From a virus, in the IMG/VR virus record IMGVR_UViG_3300008952_003529: a DNA stretch of 64,000 nucleotides; one strand, written 5' to 3'. The notes under the pieces are model-generated. The model saw nothing but the letters and a program-made list of their open reading frames with translations, was not told the origin of the DNA and did no database searches. Every line of letters begins with the position of its first letter. Within the stretch, counting starts at the first letter, position 1. Made by a program: the position numbers and the translations under genes. This document shows, piece by piece, positions 20,001-28,577 of this stretch.

Positions 20001-20784
20001 AAATGTAAGAATAAATAGCTTCTACAAGGTCAGCTCCGGTGTTGCTGATGCCTACTACGATGTATATACTGGTGAGGCAGACCCCATAGCGTATAATGAG
20101 GGATCCTTGACAGAGAGTGATAAGGGTCTAACTGCCATCTCATTTGATATGATATCTGAGCAGATTAATAATTTGAAGATCGATCAAGCATTAAAAATGT
20201 ACTCTTCGTTATTATATGATTTAAACTTTAGTTCGACGAACCATCCAATTGATGTCACATCTGCTGCTGCAATGAAAAAGAAGTTCATTTCAATTCCCGG
20301 TGCTGCTCGGCTAGACTATGACGGAGACGAATTTTTATCTGGTAGCAATCTTGCATGGGACTATCTCCATCGAGCAATACCTTCCTTTGACCAATGGTAT
20401 AAGCCCACTGGAGGTGAAGTCGAAAATCAATTAAACTTGGATGTCGATTTCAAGTCAGATCGTACTGCTTTTTCTTTGTGGGAATATTTAAGCTCAATGG
20501 GCGTTCTTAAGTTCTCCTCCGAAACAGCCGAACGTTTAAGTTTGGGCGCAAAATTTGAAAACGTTATCTTGATCCCATTTGATGTAGATTCATTCGAGGT
20601 GGACCCAGAAACGTTTGGTGACAATTATGAAAGTGAAAATAAAGCAAACGCATCACTCACTCTAGCTGAGGAAGAAGTGTCAATTGGTCTTGAGACATCG
20701 CAAGGTGTTGATTTAGCAACGTTTAGGGTGACTATACGTATTCCTGCTGAGGGCGACGAAGCTGGTGAGGAAAAGGAATCATGA
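17008..20784 (+). CDS. Large hypothetical protein (1258 aa), probably virion
   Basis: Long ORF coupled on both sides (TAATG, ATGA); Ser/Thr/Ala low-complexity centre; no motif recognised. Confidence 0.55.
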   Translation: MPNLLKNADLSPLTNVDETAQPSLAQLLLSEEAYEALVVKRAAEQASAKTTKSSRSARLSRTRSASTSTRGQVSAGMQKSEQLRKEKSQQEEAKKRLEQWQLQEGAKHGGSTQAPALNKKKDTSSSLTETKENSLIINEKLRPVVFGLLDFMPTVDSSGNSTVAGDIMSFNRAIKVLNAEHMPDDAKRSNEEDSVLTLQWLDEYTQYVNMVEAFLTSLDANNFTFLDDMLSFLAIQKESSTTCSNTQLLITILRDYAVAVENCSPRLFETEEREIPTAGPVLPPKLSGIDAVRAVLKSSTAFDYLGAVLGDDQERALKVLLYQISSELKLSYNTSKYGSSGTAASLLQTPATTSTIIPSKVASMNSMGLKQFLPGDASYSFLFPFERRDILPDDSNIKFDSAPDLVSREESIGSTAPTTTYTKISSQAKTAFSQVAALLDTDDFSSDYAPSVGAFILIAQNVTLPLLELLGKKSPARRDIIEFIFLALAADNEEVLAQLLLFLAALKEELARPSTESSLGTVQRAKVVGSLVATKEIASNSKFDFQQSKLDTAIAPSPVQATTTVVSTKVSSFAPLMSIGSVGLMSPTPKSGGMSLKKSTTTTAVTSTLANAGSSLVKAVTASAIVQETAAKADGLRVAAVVQLDPTVTPPTTTTQTYSTAWSDICSATAALLLEAMTGVRSSGTMTGAVIPLGLREITDQLRSISTSAEDTDVFISLLTLFDDFLEMFASSEGDCISGSSTVYGGISRGNIEIAFFMCVCKIQYFISKNVYTLSTNTTNSDSTDVKLDTTKLEDLDDALIDAFSGDIDLDSLAVASDSLGRVLESLIDEEADVATFPATFSEFLDKIGATFVALRDILDTDGDETVEGVQALRTRVEGGLPISRDLAMELRSFQNRYNSDIGSISETKTKDWPVDDVSALFLSNMLTEATFSSTKKVMAIAIPAGLCEAIYNVPVSLEDLSRSAEELSKTTFEVEIEKLDLTRPNLKFTPRVYSFARNVRINSFYKVSSGVADAYYDVYTGEADPIAYNEGSLTESDKGLTAISFDMISEQINNLKIDQALKMYSSLLYDLNFSSTNHPIDVTSAAAMKKKFISIPGAARLDYDGDEFLSGSNLAWDYLHRAIPSFDQWYKPTGGEVENQLNLDVDFKSDRTAFSLWEYLSSMGVLKFSSETAERLSLGAKFENVILIPFDVDSFEVDPETFGDNYESENKANASLTLAEEEVSIGLETSQGVDLATFRVTIRIPAEGDEAGEEKES

Positions 20785-22592
20785 GTAGCGAGTCAATCGT
20801 CAGTCGGCCTTTACACTATTTTGATGTGCCAGAAGTAAATTCGCTCTCTGCAGATTTTTCCTATAACTTTTTTGTTTCTGATGAAAAAGTTAATGAGAGC
20901 GGAAATGAGGCTGTTAATGGAAATTTGTCATCTCGACTACTGAGAAAGGGTACCGCTGATATTACAAACCTGAATGCAAGGATACCTCGATATGTTTCCC
21001 TTGCATTTACAGTACAGGATACCCCTAAGAAGATTTTGGCTACAAAAAACTCTGCTATTCGTACAACACGCAGAGAAATCCAGGATGCGTTGGATGCCGG
21101 TAACATTTATACTGAAACCCAGGCAGCTGGATTAGATTTTGATGCCTATGTATTTGCCAATGATCAAGTTCCGACAAACTTAGACAATTTTTTTCGGCGA
21201 CGTTTAACAAGTTTTGGTGGCGAAGAGTCCTCGCCGCTTGATTTGTTAAGACAGCTGGCTGATATATCTAAAGTTAATTCTAACTTGCTAGAAGACATGT
21301 TGTCCCCCCAGCTTAAGGGAATGGACACTCACGGACAATGGCTCTCCAAAGAAAGGAAAAATTACGGGGTGGCCGTATTAAACACCAGCTACGCTCCTGC
21401 ATTTTTAAGAAAATCCTGTGAGAACGGAAGCTCTCTGAGAATTGATGACACCAATTATAAGTTTTGTACTGCTGTAGATAATTTGCAACCTGACCTCAAC
21501 AAGTATGTCAGTAATAGTGAGTACCTTTTTGATGTTCCCTTTACTGATATAGAATTAACACAGGACTCTACTTTTGTCGCAGAAGCAGATGTGATTGGGT
21601 ACATTTTTGAAAAAGTTCGCATCTATAAGGGCAAAAGGTATCCAATGCCTTCGGTGATAGTCGCAGGAGCGAGCGTACGTACAGGATATGATTCCGAAAT
21701 AGCATACGGCCAAACATACGAATATTCAGCTCGTACAATTGCCAAGTTTCGTGTTCCAATGACTGATTATGAAACGGGAGAAGTTTTTATTGGGACGTTC
21801 TTATTGGCTTCACGACCCTCAGCGGTATCGAAAACCACAATTACTGAAAATCGTCGACCAGACCCTCCAAGCGACATAAATTTCTATTTTGATTATGATG
21901 ATGAAAATGTTAAGATTACGTGGGCCCCACCTGTTAATCCCCAACGCGATGTAAAGTATCTTCAGCTCTTCCGTAGAAAAAGCGTTGAAGAGCCCTTCGA
22001 GCTACTAGTACATTATGATTGGGATGACTCTATTATACGAACCACGACTGAAGAATCGATTGATCCAGACTTGATAAAGACAGTATTGTCATGCCCAACC
22101 TACTATATAGATACTGAGTTTGACAAAGAGAAAACATTCATTTATGCTCTTGTTACAATAGATGCTCGTCAACTCTCTTCTACATACTCTACGCAGTATG
22201 AGGTTTCATTTGACGAGGCCAAGAATCGAATCCACAAAGGGTTTCTTTCATACGCAGGCGCCCCGAAGCAATATCCTAATTGGTTTTTAAAAGAAAACTT
22301 TTTTGTAGATTCCATAAAGGATAGCACACACAAACAATTAACGATTTACTTTAATCCTGAAACATACGGCCTAATAACTGACGGAGGTAACGAAATTTCT
22401 GCATTTTGTACGACATCAATGGACCCGTATAGCAAGTACGTTTTCCAGTTAATCAATACAGATCGGCTAGACGAAGCGCAGGTTGAAGTAGTAATAAACG
22501 ATGAGATATATCGCCGGTCTTTAATACCGGAAGATGGTGGAATGCTTAATAGACCAGTGTCTACTAGTTTGTCACCGTTGTGGGATAAGTAA
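20781..22592 (+). CDS. Hypothetical virion protein with an FN3-like domain (603 aa)
   Basis: RPDPPSDINFYFD...VKITWAPPVNPQRDVKYLQLFRRK and TFIYALVTID fit a fibronectin type III pattern. Confidence 0.55.
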   Translation: MSSESIVSRPLHYFDVPEVNSLSADFSYNFFVSDEKVNESGNEAVNGNLSSRLLRKGTADITNLNARIPRYVSLAFTVQDTPKKILATKNSAIRTTRREIQDALDAGNIYTETQAAGLDFDAYVFANDQVPTNLDNFFRRRLTSFGGEESSPLDLLRQLADISKVNSNLLEDMLSPQLKGMDTHGQWLSKERKNYGVAVLNTSYAPAFLRKSCENGSSLRIDDTNYKFCTAVDNLQPDLNKYVSNSEYLFDVPFTDIELTQDSTFVAEADVIGYIFEKVRIYKGKRYPMPSVIVAGASVRTGYDSEIAYGQTYEYSARTIAKFRVPMTDYETGEVFIGTFLLASRPSAVSKTTITENRRPDPPSDINFYFDYDDENVKITWAPPVNPQRDVKYLQLFRRKSVEEPFELLVHYDWDDSIIRTTTEESIDPDLIKTVLSCPTYYIDTEFDKEKTFIYALVTIDARQLSSTYSTQYEVSFDEAKNRIHKGFLSYAGAPKQYPNWFLKENFFVDSIKDSTHKQLTIYFNPETYGLITDGGNEISAFCTTSMDPYSKYVFQLINTDRLDEAQVEVVINDEIYRRSLIPEDGGMLNRPVSTSLSPLWDK

Positions 22593-22632
22593 CTTTCTGA
22601 CGGTTAATAATTTACGCCATTCTATTTATGGT

Positions 22633-22640
22633 ATAATTAA
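22633..22640 (+). promoter_or_regulatory. Candidate late promoter motif ATAATTAA (overlaps a perfect TATAAT at 22632-22637)
   Basis: Intergenic, 30 nt before ATG 22663; SD GGAG at 22652-22655. Confidence 0.55.
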
Positions 22641-22662
22641 GCGTGAGTGATGGAGATAATAC

Positions 22663-23370
22663 ATGGGATTTTTAGACAACAGCACCAATAATATTATAGT
22701 AGATGCAGTGCTAACAGATTATGGTAGACAACTGCTCGCGCGCAACGACGGAAGCTTTTCAATTGTTAAGTTTGCGCTCGGCGATGACGAGGTAGACTAC
22801 CTTACAATTAAAAAGTTTGGACGAACTGTCGGGAAAGAGAAGATAGAAAAAAATACACCCGTCTTTGAAGCACAAACAAACCAAAACCTGGCATTAAAAA
22901 ATAAGCTAATATCTCTCTCAAACCCAACTCTTATTAAGCTTCCCGGTATCAGTATGACTGGCGATGTGACAAGTAATAAGATGTCGTTTAAGAGAACAGG
23001 TTCAACAGCTACTCAAGCGATTACGCTTAGTCAAAATGTAACGGATGAAAACACTATCGATCCAGAATTAAGAGATCAAGCATTTATAGTGAAAATACCT
23101 TACAAATTTTTGGAGTTGGATGGAACAGATAATACGCCAGACTCTATTGACGGTGATGATATTGCTACATACATTGTGACCAGGGACAGTACTACAACGT
23201 CTATTGGTGGGTCTCAATTATCACTATCGATTAAGACCAGGTCAATTTCAGACAGCGTGTTTGATTATTATGGCGATGCCGACAACAAGGCGCAGATTTC
23301 CTCTACAATTCAAGTTACAGGAATTCAGTCGGGTGTGGTATCCGAATTAAGCATCGTAGTAGAAAAGTGA
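22663..23370 (+). CDS. Baseplate/fibre-attachment-type virion protein (235 aa)
   Basis: VDAVLTDYGRQLLARNDGSFSIVKFALGDD resembles the N-terminal strand-helix-strand of P2 gpH/DUF3751 tail-fibre attachment domains (from recall). Confidence 0.55.
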   Translation: MGFLDNSTNNIIVDAVLTDYGRQLLARNDGSFSIVKFALGDDEVDYLTIKKFGRTVGKEKIEKNTPVFEAQTNQNLALKNKLISLSNPTLIKLPGISMTGDVTSNKMSFKRTGSTATQAITLSQNVTDENTIDPELRDQAFIVKIPYKFLELDGTDNTPDSIDGDDIATYIVTRDSTTTSIGGSQLSLSIKTRSISDSVFDYYGDADNKAQISSTIQVTGIQSGVVSELSIVVEK

Positions 23371-23381
23371 GGAAATAGCAA

Positions 23382-24626
23382 GTGGCAACATTTAAAGAAA
23401 TATCAGCAGCGGATGTAAAAACTTCTAAATCCGTTTTGAATCAATTGGTCGATGTAATCCAAGAAGACATATCTGGTTCAGCGACCAGAAAGAAGTACCA
23501 GCTTTTTGTGACGGGTGGTGTTGGTCCTGGTGTGACATCATCGATATACCAAACTGTGTTTGATCAAGACTTCTCTCTACAAACTTCAAATGCAATATTT
23601 GACACTACCGTCGGACTCTACGCAAAGGGTAGTCCTGTGGTTTCTTGCTCTTCTGGTACGGATTCCGCAGGAAAGCTTTTGTTTCCGTCTCAATCAATGA
23701 TGATGAGAGAAAAGATTGATGTCTATCAACAATACGCAGCAAATTTGCTCGGCGACGCCTCAACCGCGTTTTCGACGCCCTACGGCAGCTCAACATCCAC
23801 AGACCAGGTTGATGCTGCATTGTTTCTTTCGTTTAAGAGATTATTCACAAGAGACAAAATTAAGCGAGAGACTTTTGCAATGCGGATGTATTATTCGGGG
23901 ACGCTAAAGGAAAGTTCACCATGGCCATTTGGTCCAAACTTAAACGTCACATCAGAGTTAGATGAACGTATTTACACGGACTTCGGTGCAGCTTCAAACA
24001 GGCGCCGGACTTTCGGTGGCGAGGTCGGTGATTTAGTAGATGCGAATGATACAACTCGCTCTGTTGGGCTAGTTTTCTACGACACTGGAACCGTGGTCCT
24101 GAATGTTGATCGTATTATCAGCTCAAGCCAACCTGTAAGTGGAGTTATCGACGCAATGCGCTCTGGTCAAGTTTATGATGTACCTACCGGCCGTACAGTT
24201 ATCGGTGGCACAGCACACGGTTTTTATCCAAACTCCTTGAATCCCGATGCAACATTTTCTCCAGATTTTATGGTTTCTGGAAGCATCGACGATATTATTG
24301 ATTACTTTACAACAACCCGGTTCAGCTCAGGTTCTCTTACTGCCGCAACATTCCAGAATAACACGAATATTAATTCTACGTTACTTTTCTGTCGTGCTAC
24401 AGCAGACGAATTCAACTATTCTTCAAATCCAACTTATACAAACAGTGCAAACAGAATTGTAGTGATCGATGAAGGCCAAGAAGACGTTCAAAGGTCATTT
24501 TCGTTTATTACGACCGTTGGATTGTTCGACGCCAATGATAATCTCTTGGCAGTTGCGAAGCTATCGCGCCCAATCGAGAAGAATGATGAGAAGGATTTGA
24601 CGGTAAGAGTTAGACTAGATTTCTAG
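23382..24626 (+). CDS. Baseplate/fibre-attachment-type virion protein (414 aa)
   Basis: GTG start with SD GAGG; C-terminus FITTVGLFDANDNLLAVAKLSRPIEK...VRVRLDF. Confidence 0.55.
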   Translation: MATFKEISAADVKTSKSVLNQLVDVIQEDISGSATRKKYQLFVTGGVGPGVTSSIYQTVFDQDFSLQTSNAIFDTTVGLYAKGSPVVSCSSGTDSAGKLLFPSQSMMMREKIDVYQQYAANLLGDASTAFSTPYGSSTSTDQVDAALFLSFKRLFTRDKIKRETFAMRMYYSGTLKESSPWPFGPNLNVTSELDERIYTDFGAASNRRRTFGGEVGDLVDANDTTRSVGLVFYDTGTVVLNVDRIISSSQPVSGVIDAMRSGQVYDVPTGRTVIGGTAHGFYPNSLNPDATFSPDFMVSGSIDDIIDYFTTTRFSSGSLTAATFQNNTNINSTLLFCRATADEFNYSSNPTYTNSANRIVVIDEGQEDVQRSFSFITTVGLFDANDNLLAVAKLSRPIEKNDEKDLTVRVRLDF

Positions 24627-24635
24627 GGGGTAAAC

Positions 24636-27053
24636 ATGTCCCTCTTTAAGCTGGATAAGTCATATTTCGACTCATATAAGGTTTTAGCCAAGCCCAAAAG
24701 AGTCTTTACTTCTTCTTCGGTGGGAGGAGCAACCGGTTCAGTTCGAGTGTTCCCTCTCGCATCTCTTGATATGAAGGAGATTCCAGTAGACGATGGTAGC
24801 GAAGACGGAGCTCCAGTCGGTGAAAGTTTAGAGACGCTTCGCTTAGAGGCATGGGGTACCGCATCCAACGCTGGTAATGCATCTGCCTATATGGACGCAG
24901 TAAACGCTGCAAGTACAACCGGAAAGCGAGATAAAGAGGTTGAAATATTACGTTTTGAGCCTTCGTTTAAGTTCACCAGTGATACTCTTCGTAAACGAGT
25001 GATTCAAAAGGTTCTGTTTCCGTATTACCGACCACAATATGGTACCCCATGTAATTGGTCTTTCACAAACTATAATACGTTGAATTACTTTACGGGATCT
25101 CAGGTCCCAACTGATTCGGTGATGATATATCCAGCATCATCATCATTCGACCAGTCTTCCACTTACAGACCAAGCGGTTCATTTTCGTTTGAATTTTATA
25201 TCAACCCGAGGTATACGGTCGAGAATCGAGGAGAGGAGTTCAAAGCGGGTACAATTTTTCATATGTCTAGTAGCTACGCTTTGTCGTTGGTTACGGGTAG
25301 CAGCAAAGATATTAATGGATTACCCGATGGATATCGTCTAATGTTGCAATTGAGCCACAGCGCAGACTATCCTCCTTCATCTGTTAATCTCACCCAGGTT
25401 CCGTCAGTCGGTATTGAGCCGTATGATTTAACTTTTTTATCCAGTGATAATTCCCTTCGTAGAAATACCTGGCACTATTGTTGCGTCCGATGGGGCGGCA
25501 CTGATGAGGTCCAGGGTTCGACTGGTTCATTTTGGATTGACGGAGAAGATAAGGGTACATTCGTTCTTTCTAGTTCGTTTTTACAACAAAAAGATTGGTC
25601 GACAAAATGGTTTGATGGGTCACCTGGGTCGCAGCAGATCGTTGGCGATCCAGATGCTCTTTTTGTGGGAAATTTTTATGAGGGCACTAATTCCGAGTAT
25701 GGAGTGGGTGAGTCATTTATCGCTCAATTTTTTAACCCTACAATTTCCGTTAAGGATGGAATCGCTGATTTTTACGGGACTGGTGACGACGATATTCCCG
25801 ATCCAGCAGAGTACGCCTTTCAGCATCCACTAAGTGCAGAAGTTCACGAATTAAAGATCTTTAACACATATCGAGATGAAGCGCAGATCGTGTCAGCTAG
25901 TTTATATGGGATAGAAAATATCTCAGACGACCCACATCTTATGTTTTACGTTCCGCCATTTTTTGTGAAAGACACTAATTTACGTGAAATATTTCAAACC
26001 CCATTTCAAACTGCGATGGGATACACTAATGACCCGTTTAATGTTGCATTATCGTTTGGCGTCGGTGGCCATTATTTAAATTTAGAAAACTTTGTCAAAG
26101 AATTTGTTCGTAAAAAATGGCCAAGATTGCTGAATTTGACGGGCTCTACAATCGATGAGTCAACTGATTGGGTAAGTTGTAACGGGTTTTTATTTGCCAC
26201 CGGAAGTATACGAAAGAGAAACCTGACGGTGCTTCCATGTGATAATGGCAAACTACTTCCTAATTTTTCGTTGTTAGAGCAAGATGTAACGTCATCAGAC
26301 GGATTAAGCTTGTTTGTTAATGATTATGGGGTCCAAACGCTGAGCATGGTCTCCCTCAATAATTTGCTAAGCACCGGCTCAAATAGTTTTCCAGGATTAT
26401 TGAATTCAGACGACCCCAACTCAATATCTGCATTTCTTGCTGGGGCGACCCCTGATGATCCCGCTCTTCCAGCTGGATCAGTTTTAACAATATTTAATAG
26501 GACCAAAGATCCGACATCAAATGAAGTTGTATTTTTTGATGCAAGCAATCTTTTTTATGGCAATAAAATTGATCCAGGATCTTATACGCTGGTTGATCCT
26601 AACATAACTGGTTCTGGTGGTAGGGTTCGAATTACGCTAAAAGATAACAAGCGTGGCAGTTTGTATCGTGCAGACTGTACCGGTAGTCACCCAACTTGGT
26701 CCTCCGCAGGTACGCTTCTATATGACGAAGGTCTGGCAGTCGTAAAGACGCCTGTTATTCCTCGTTTCGGGGTAGATAAATTTAATATCGATCTAGCAGG
26801 ACAGCAACACATATATGTCCTACAAATGAATATTCCTGCAGAGGCAGGATCGCTAGACCTCTCGGAAAACCCATCCTACAAACCACTTTCCCCATCTGAT
26901 CTAGACGCAGATATGTCTTCTCTTTTCACTTATATCACAAATGTCAATATTTTGGACGAAAATCTCAACGTTATTTGTAAATCCAACTTCGCGCAAGCTA
27001 TAGTAAAAAGGGAGGATGATCGCTTCATGGTAAGGGTGCGTTTAGATTTTTAG
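24636..27053 (+). CDS. Virion protein with a LamG/concanavalin-A-like domain (805 aa), paralog of 23382..24626
   Basis: SFSFEFYINP...NTWHYCCVRW...FWIDG is a LamG-like jelly-roll pattern; ends YITNVNILDENLNVICKSNFAQAIVK...VRVRLDF, with the same last 7 residues as the preceding gene. Confidence 0.6.
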   Translation: MSLFKLDKSYFDSYKVLAKPKRVFTSSSVGGATGSVRVFPLASLDMKEIPVDDGSEDGAPVGESLETLRLEAWGTASNAGNASAYMDAVNAASTTGKRDKEVEILRFEPSFKFTSDTLRKRVIQKVLFPYYRPQYGTPCNWSFTNYNTLNYFTGSQVPTDSVMIYPASSSFDQSSTYRPSGSFSFEFYINPRYTVENRGEEFKAGTIFHMSSSYALSLVTGSSKDINGLPDGYRLMLQLSHSADYPPSSVNLTQVPSVGIEPYDLTFLSSDNSLRRNTWHYCCVRWGGTDEVQGSTGSFWIDGEDKGTFVLSSSFLQQKDWSTKWFDGSPGSQQIVGDPDALFVGNFYEGTNSEYGVGESFIAQFFNPTISVKDGIADFYGTGDDDIPDPAEYAFQHPLSAEVHELKIFNTYRDEAQIVSASLYGIENISDDPHLMFYVPPFFVKDTNLREIFQTPFQTAMGYTNDPFNVALSFGVGGHYLNLENFVKEFVRKKWPRLLNLTGSTIDESTDWVSCNGFLFATGSIRKRNLTVLPCDNGKLLPNFSLLEQDVTSSDGLSLFVNDYGVQTLSMVSLNNLLSTGSNSFPGLLNSDDPNSISAFLAGATPDDPALPAGSVLTIFNRTKDPTSNEVVFFDASNLFYGNKIDPGSYTLVDPNITGSGGRVRITLKDNKRGSLYRADCTGSHPTWSSAGTLLYDEGLAVVKTPVIPRFGVDKFNIDLAGQQHIYVLQMNIPAEAGSLDLSENPSYKPLSPSDLDADMSSLFTYITNVNILDENLNVICKSNFAQAIVKREDDRFMVRVRLDF

Positions 27054-27608
27054 ATGAAGAAGGTTCTAGGGTTAGACATTTCTACTTCTTGTGTCGGGTG
27101 GTGTGTATTAGATGCTGAGACTGGGTCTGTAGAGGCCGCGTCTGCGATAGTATTAAAAGACATTAAGTGCGTGTTTGAGAAGGCTCTAAGGGTGAAAGAA
27201 AGCCTCCAGACAATCACTCTAGAATATAATGTCGACAATATCGCTATAGAAGAAAATCTACAGGCATTTCGACCCGGTTTTTCAAGCGCAAAGACTATTG
27301 TTACGTTAGCAAGATTTAATGGGATCGTCAGTTGGTTATCTTATAAGTGCACGAAAGTTAAACCAGACTTTATAAATGTGAACCATGCCCGAAAAGCAGT
27401 GGGGCTGAAAATCGATCGAAAGAGTGACTTGTCTACCAAAGAACAAGTGCTTGAGTGGGTAAAAACAAACGGAATGCAAGACTTCCTCTGGCCTATGAAG
27501 ACTCTAAAGTCTGGTCCTCGAAAAGGGCGTGTAATCTTTGATGATAGTTGTTATGATATATCTGATGCTTTTGTAATTGCAAAGGCGCACGTGAATAATG
27601 AACGATGA
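27054..27608 (+). CDS. ruvC: RuvC-like Holliday junction resolvase
   Basis: RNase H-fold motifs VLGLDISTSCVGWCV, IAIEE, LARFNGIV and DISDAFVIA. Confidence 0.85.
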   Translation: MKKVLGLDISTSCVGWCVLDAETGSVEAASAIVLKDIKCVFEKALRVKESLQTITLEYNVDNIAIEENLQAFRPGFSSAKTIVTLARFNGIVSWLSYKCTKVKPDFINVNHARKAVGLKIDRKSDLSTKEQVLEWVKTNGMQDFLWPMKTLKSGPRKGRVIFDDSCYDISDAFVIAKAHVNNER

Positions 27609-28569
27609 TCTAGATATAAAAAAACGTATAAGATTAATTCAACGAGCATTCGGCTCTGTTCTTTTTGATAGGGATGGTGTGAATGTTGCAATCGGATGTG
27701 TAAATAAGGATTGCTCGACTTTTTCCAAGCCAGCTAAAAAGAAATTAACTCTTCGTGTAGACAATGAGTTTTATCATTGCTGGGTGTGTGGCCTTCGTGG
27801 CCGAGGGTTGGCGAGATTTTTTCGTAAGTACAAGCCTGCGTTCACCGCACAGGCAAATTCGTTATTTGAGAAATCAGTAGCTGAAGTCCAAGAGGAAAAG
27901 CATGTTGTTCAATTACCTGAAGGCTTTACTCTGCTGGCTACGCTTAAAAAAAGAGCCGATCCGGATTTGCGAATGTGTCGGGATTATTTTTTTAGTAGAG
28001 GACTGAACGAGAGAGACCTGTGGTATTTTAAGGTTGGCGCAGCATCAAGCGGCCGATACCGGAGGCGTGTCATAATTCCTTCGTTCGATTGTGATGGGAA
28101 CCTTAATTATTATACTGCTCGATCGATAGACGACACTGCTTACCGAAAGTATTTAAATCCCAAAGTGAAAAGGTCAGAGATTATTTTTAATGATCTAAAC
28201 CTTAATTGGGAGAAACCGCTAACGCTTGTTGAGGGCCCATTTGATTTAATTAAATCAAATGAAAATTCTACATGTCTGCTGGGCAGTTCATTAAACACTC
28301 ACCATGAATTATTCAAGAAAATTGTGAGTAACAAAACGCCAGTTATTTTGGCACTAGATCCAGATGCTATAAAAAAGACTCATGAAATTGCTGCTTTACT
28401 TTCTAGTTTTGACATAAGCGTAAAAATATTAAAGTTTAATAATTTCTCTGATGTTGGAGAAATGCCAAAGGACCACTTGACCAAATTGCTACCTGAAGCG
28501 GAAACGTGGAGTGAATTAGATCGCTTACGATCACTTATAGGTACAATTCGGTCAGGGTCGTTATTGTAG
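27598..28569 (+). CDS. DNA primase (Zn-binding domain plus TOPRIM)
   Basis: C-x4-C...HCWVC Zn finger; RRVIIP..D..G.L.YY.AR; TOPRIM motifs LVEGPFD and LALDPDA. Confidence 0.85.
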   Translation: MNDDLDIKKRIRLIQRAFGSVLFDRDGVNVAIGCVNKDCSTFSKPAKKKLTLRVDNEFYHCWVCGLRGRGLARFFRKYKPAFTAQANSLFEKSVAEVQEEKHVVQLPEGFTLLATLKKRADPDLRMCRDYFFSRGLNERDLWYFKVGAASSGRYRRRVIIPSFDCDGNLNYYTARSIDDTAYRKYLNPKVKRSEIIFNDLNLNWEKPLTLVEGPFDLIKSNENSTCLLGSSLNTHHELFKKIVSNKTPVILALDPDAIKKTHEIAALLSSFDISVKILKFNNFSDVGEMPKDHLTKLLPEAETWSELDRLRSLIGTIRSGSLL

Positions 28570-28577
28570 GGAGTACG

